From the NCBI GenBank assembly GCA_963750935.1, contig CAVVSR010000004.1, positions 148,902 to 212,901 of the forward strand: 64,000 bases of DNA, in the 5' to 3' direction. The notes beneath the pieces were generated by a model, which was not told where the DNA came from, ran no database searches, and saw only the letters and a list, made by a program, of their open reading frames with translations. Origin of the DNA: an uncultured Acidobacteriota bacterium (GTDB lineage Bacteria; Acidobacteriota; Vicinamibacteria; Vicinamibacterales; 2-12-FULL-66-21). A program made the position numbers and the translations under genes. Below, one piece after another: positions 63,786-64,000 of this stretch (positions are counted from its first letter, which is position 1; each line of letters begins with the position of its first letter).

Positions 63786-64000
63786 TCAGTCGATCCGATG
63801 TTCCTTCAGCTTCGACATGAACACCTTGTAGGTGATGCCGAGCAGCTCGGCGGCCCGCCCCTTGTTGTTGTCCGCTTCCCGCAGCACCAGCTCGATCTTC
63901 TTCTTCTCGGCTTCCGCGACGATACGCCGCGTCACCTCGGGAAGGGTGCCGGTGAGATCGATCTGTTCCCACGGGCTCGGCGGCGGCTCGGGGCCGGCCG
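63786..64000 (-). CDS. C-terminal Fis-type HTH of an NtrC-family (sigma-54-dependent) transcriptional activator. Partial; the 5' part lies beyond the window end.
   Basis: My reverse-strand translation: ...RRIVAEAEKKKIELVLREADNNKGRAAELLGITYKVFMSKLKEHRID*, with the stop at 63786-63788. It is not in the ORF track because it has no start within the window. Confidence 0.6.
   Translation of the reverse strand, partial: AGPEPPPSPWEQIDLTGTLPEVTRRIVAEAEKKKIELVLREADNNKGRAAELLGITYKVFMSKLKEHRID

Overview
This is a high-GC (roughly 68-70%) bacterial chromosomal segment. It is most consistent with Acidobacteriota, based on a TIGR03436-type VWA protein and many exported peptidases with Gly/Arg-rich loops. 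I call about 47 protein genes. I found no rRNA, tRNA, CRISPR array, integrase, transposase or phage genes.

Gene content:
- Translation/RNA operon (39.5-49.6 kb, + strand): rimP-nusA-infB-rbfA-nrnA-truB-rpsO-pnp, preceded by asnS and rimO.
- Other housekeeping genes: smc, tatA/tatC, proS, nadB, aroB, udk, dut, glgP.
- Proteolysis genes, unusually dense: DPP-IV-like S9B, M19 dipeptidase, S9 oligopeptidase, DmpA/S58, Ntn asparaginase, M24, HtrA, M48 and CtpA/S41.

Major caveat: at least 16 apparent single-base frame breaks interrupt conserved genes, including smc, nusA, tatC and rimO. I read these as assembly indels, not pseudogenes. I therefore report each affected gene as one CDS spanning its ORF-track fragments. 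Most long ORFs in the six-frame track are antisense or alternate-frame artefacts of the high GC content.

I did not find a convincing new multi-gene defence or mobile system. The items most worth a second look are:
1. A translationally coupled pair: a DUF2339-like giant membrane protein and an internally duplicated DUF3999-like exported protein.
2. A family of intergenic heptamer arrays. At two loci, inverted CTCCCAA/TTGGGAG arrays can sequester Shine-Dalgarno-like sequence.
3. An ORF-free, terminator-capped 215-nt segment just upstream of smc.
4. An (Asn-Gly)n hexanucleotide repeat inside smc.
5. RGG-rich insertions in several unrelated exported hydrolases and in the PNPase tail.
6. A terminator-like hairpin that contains the rimP start codon.
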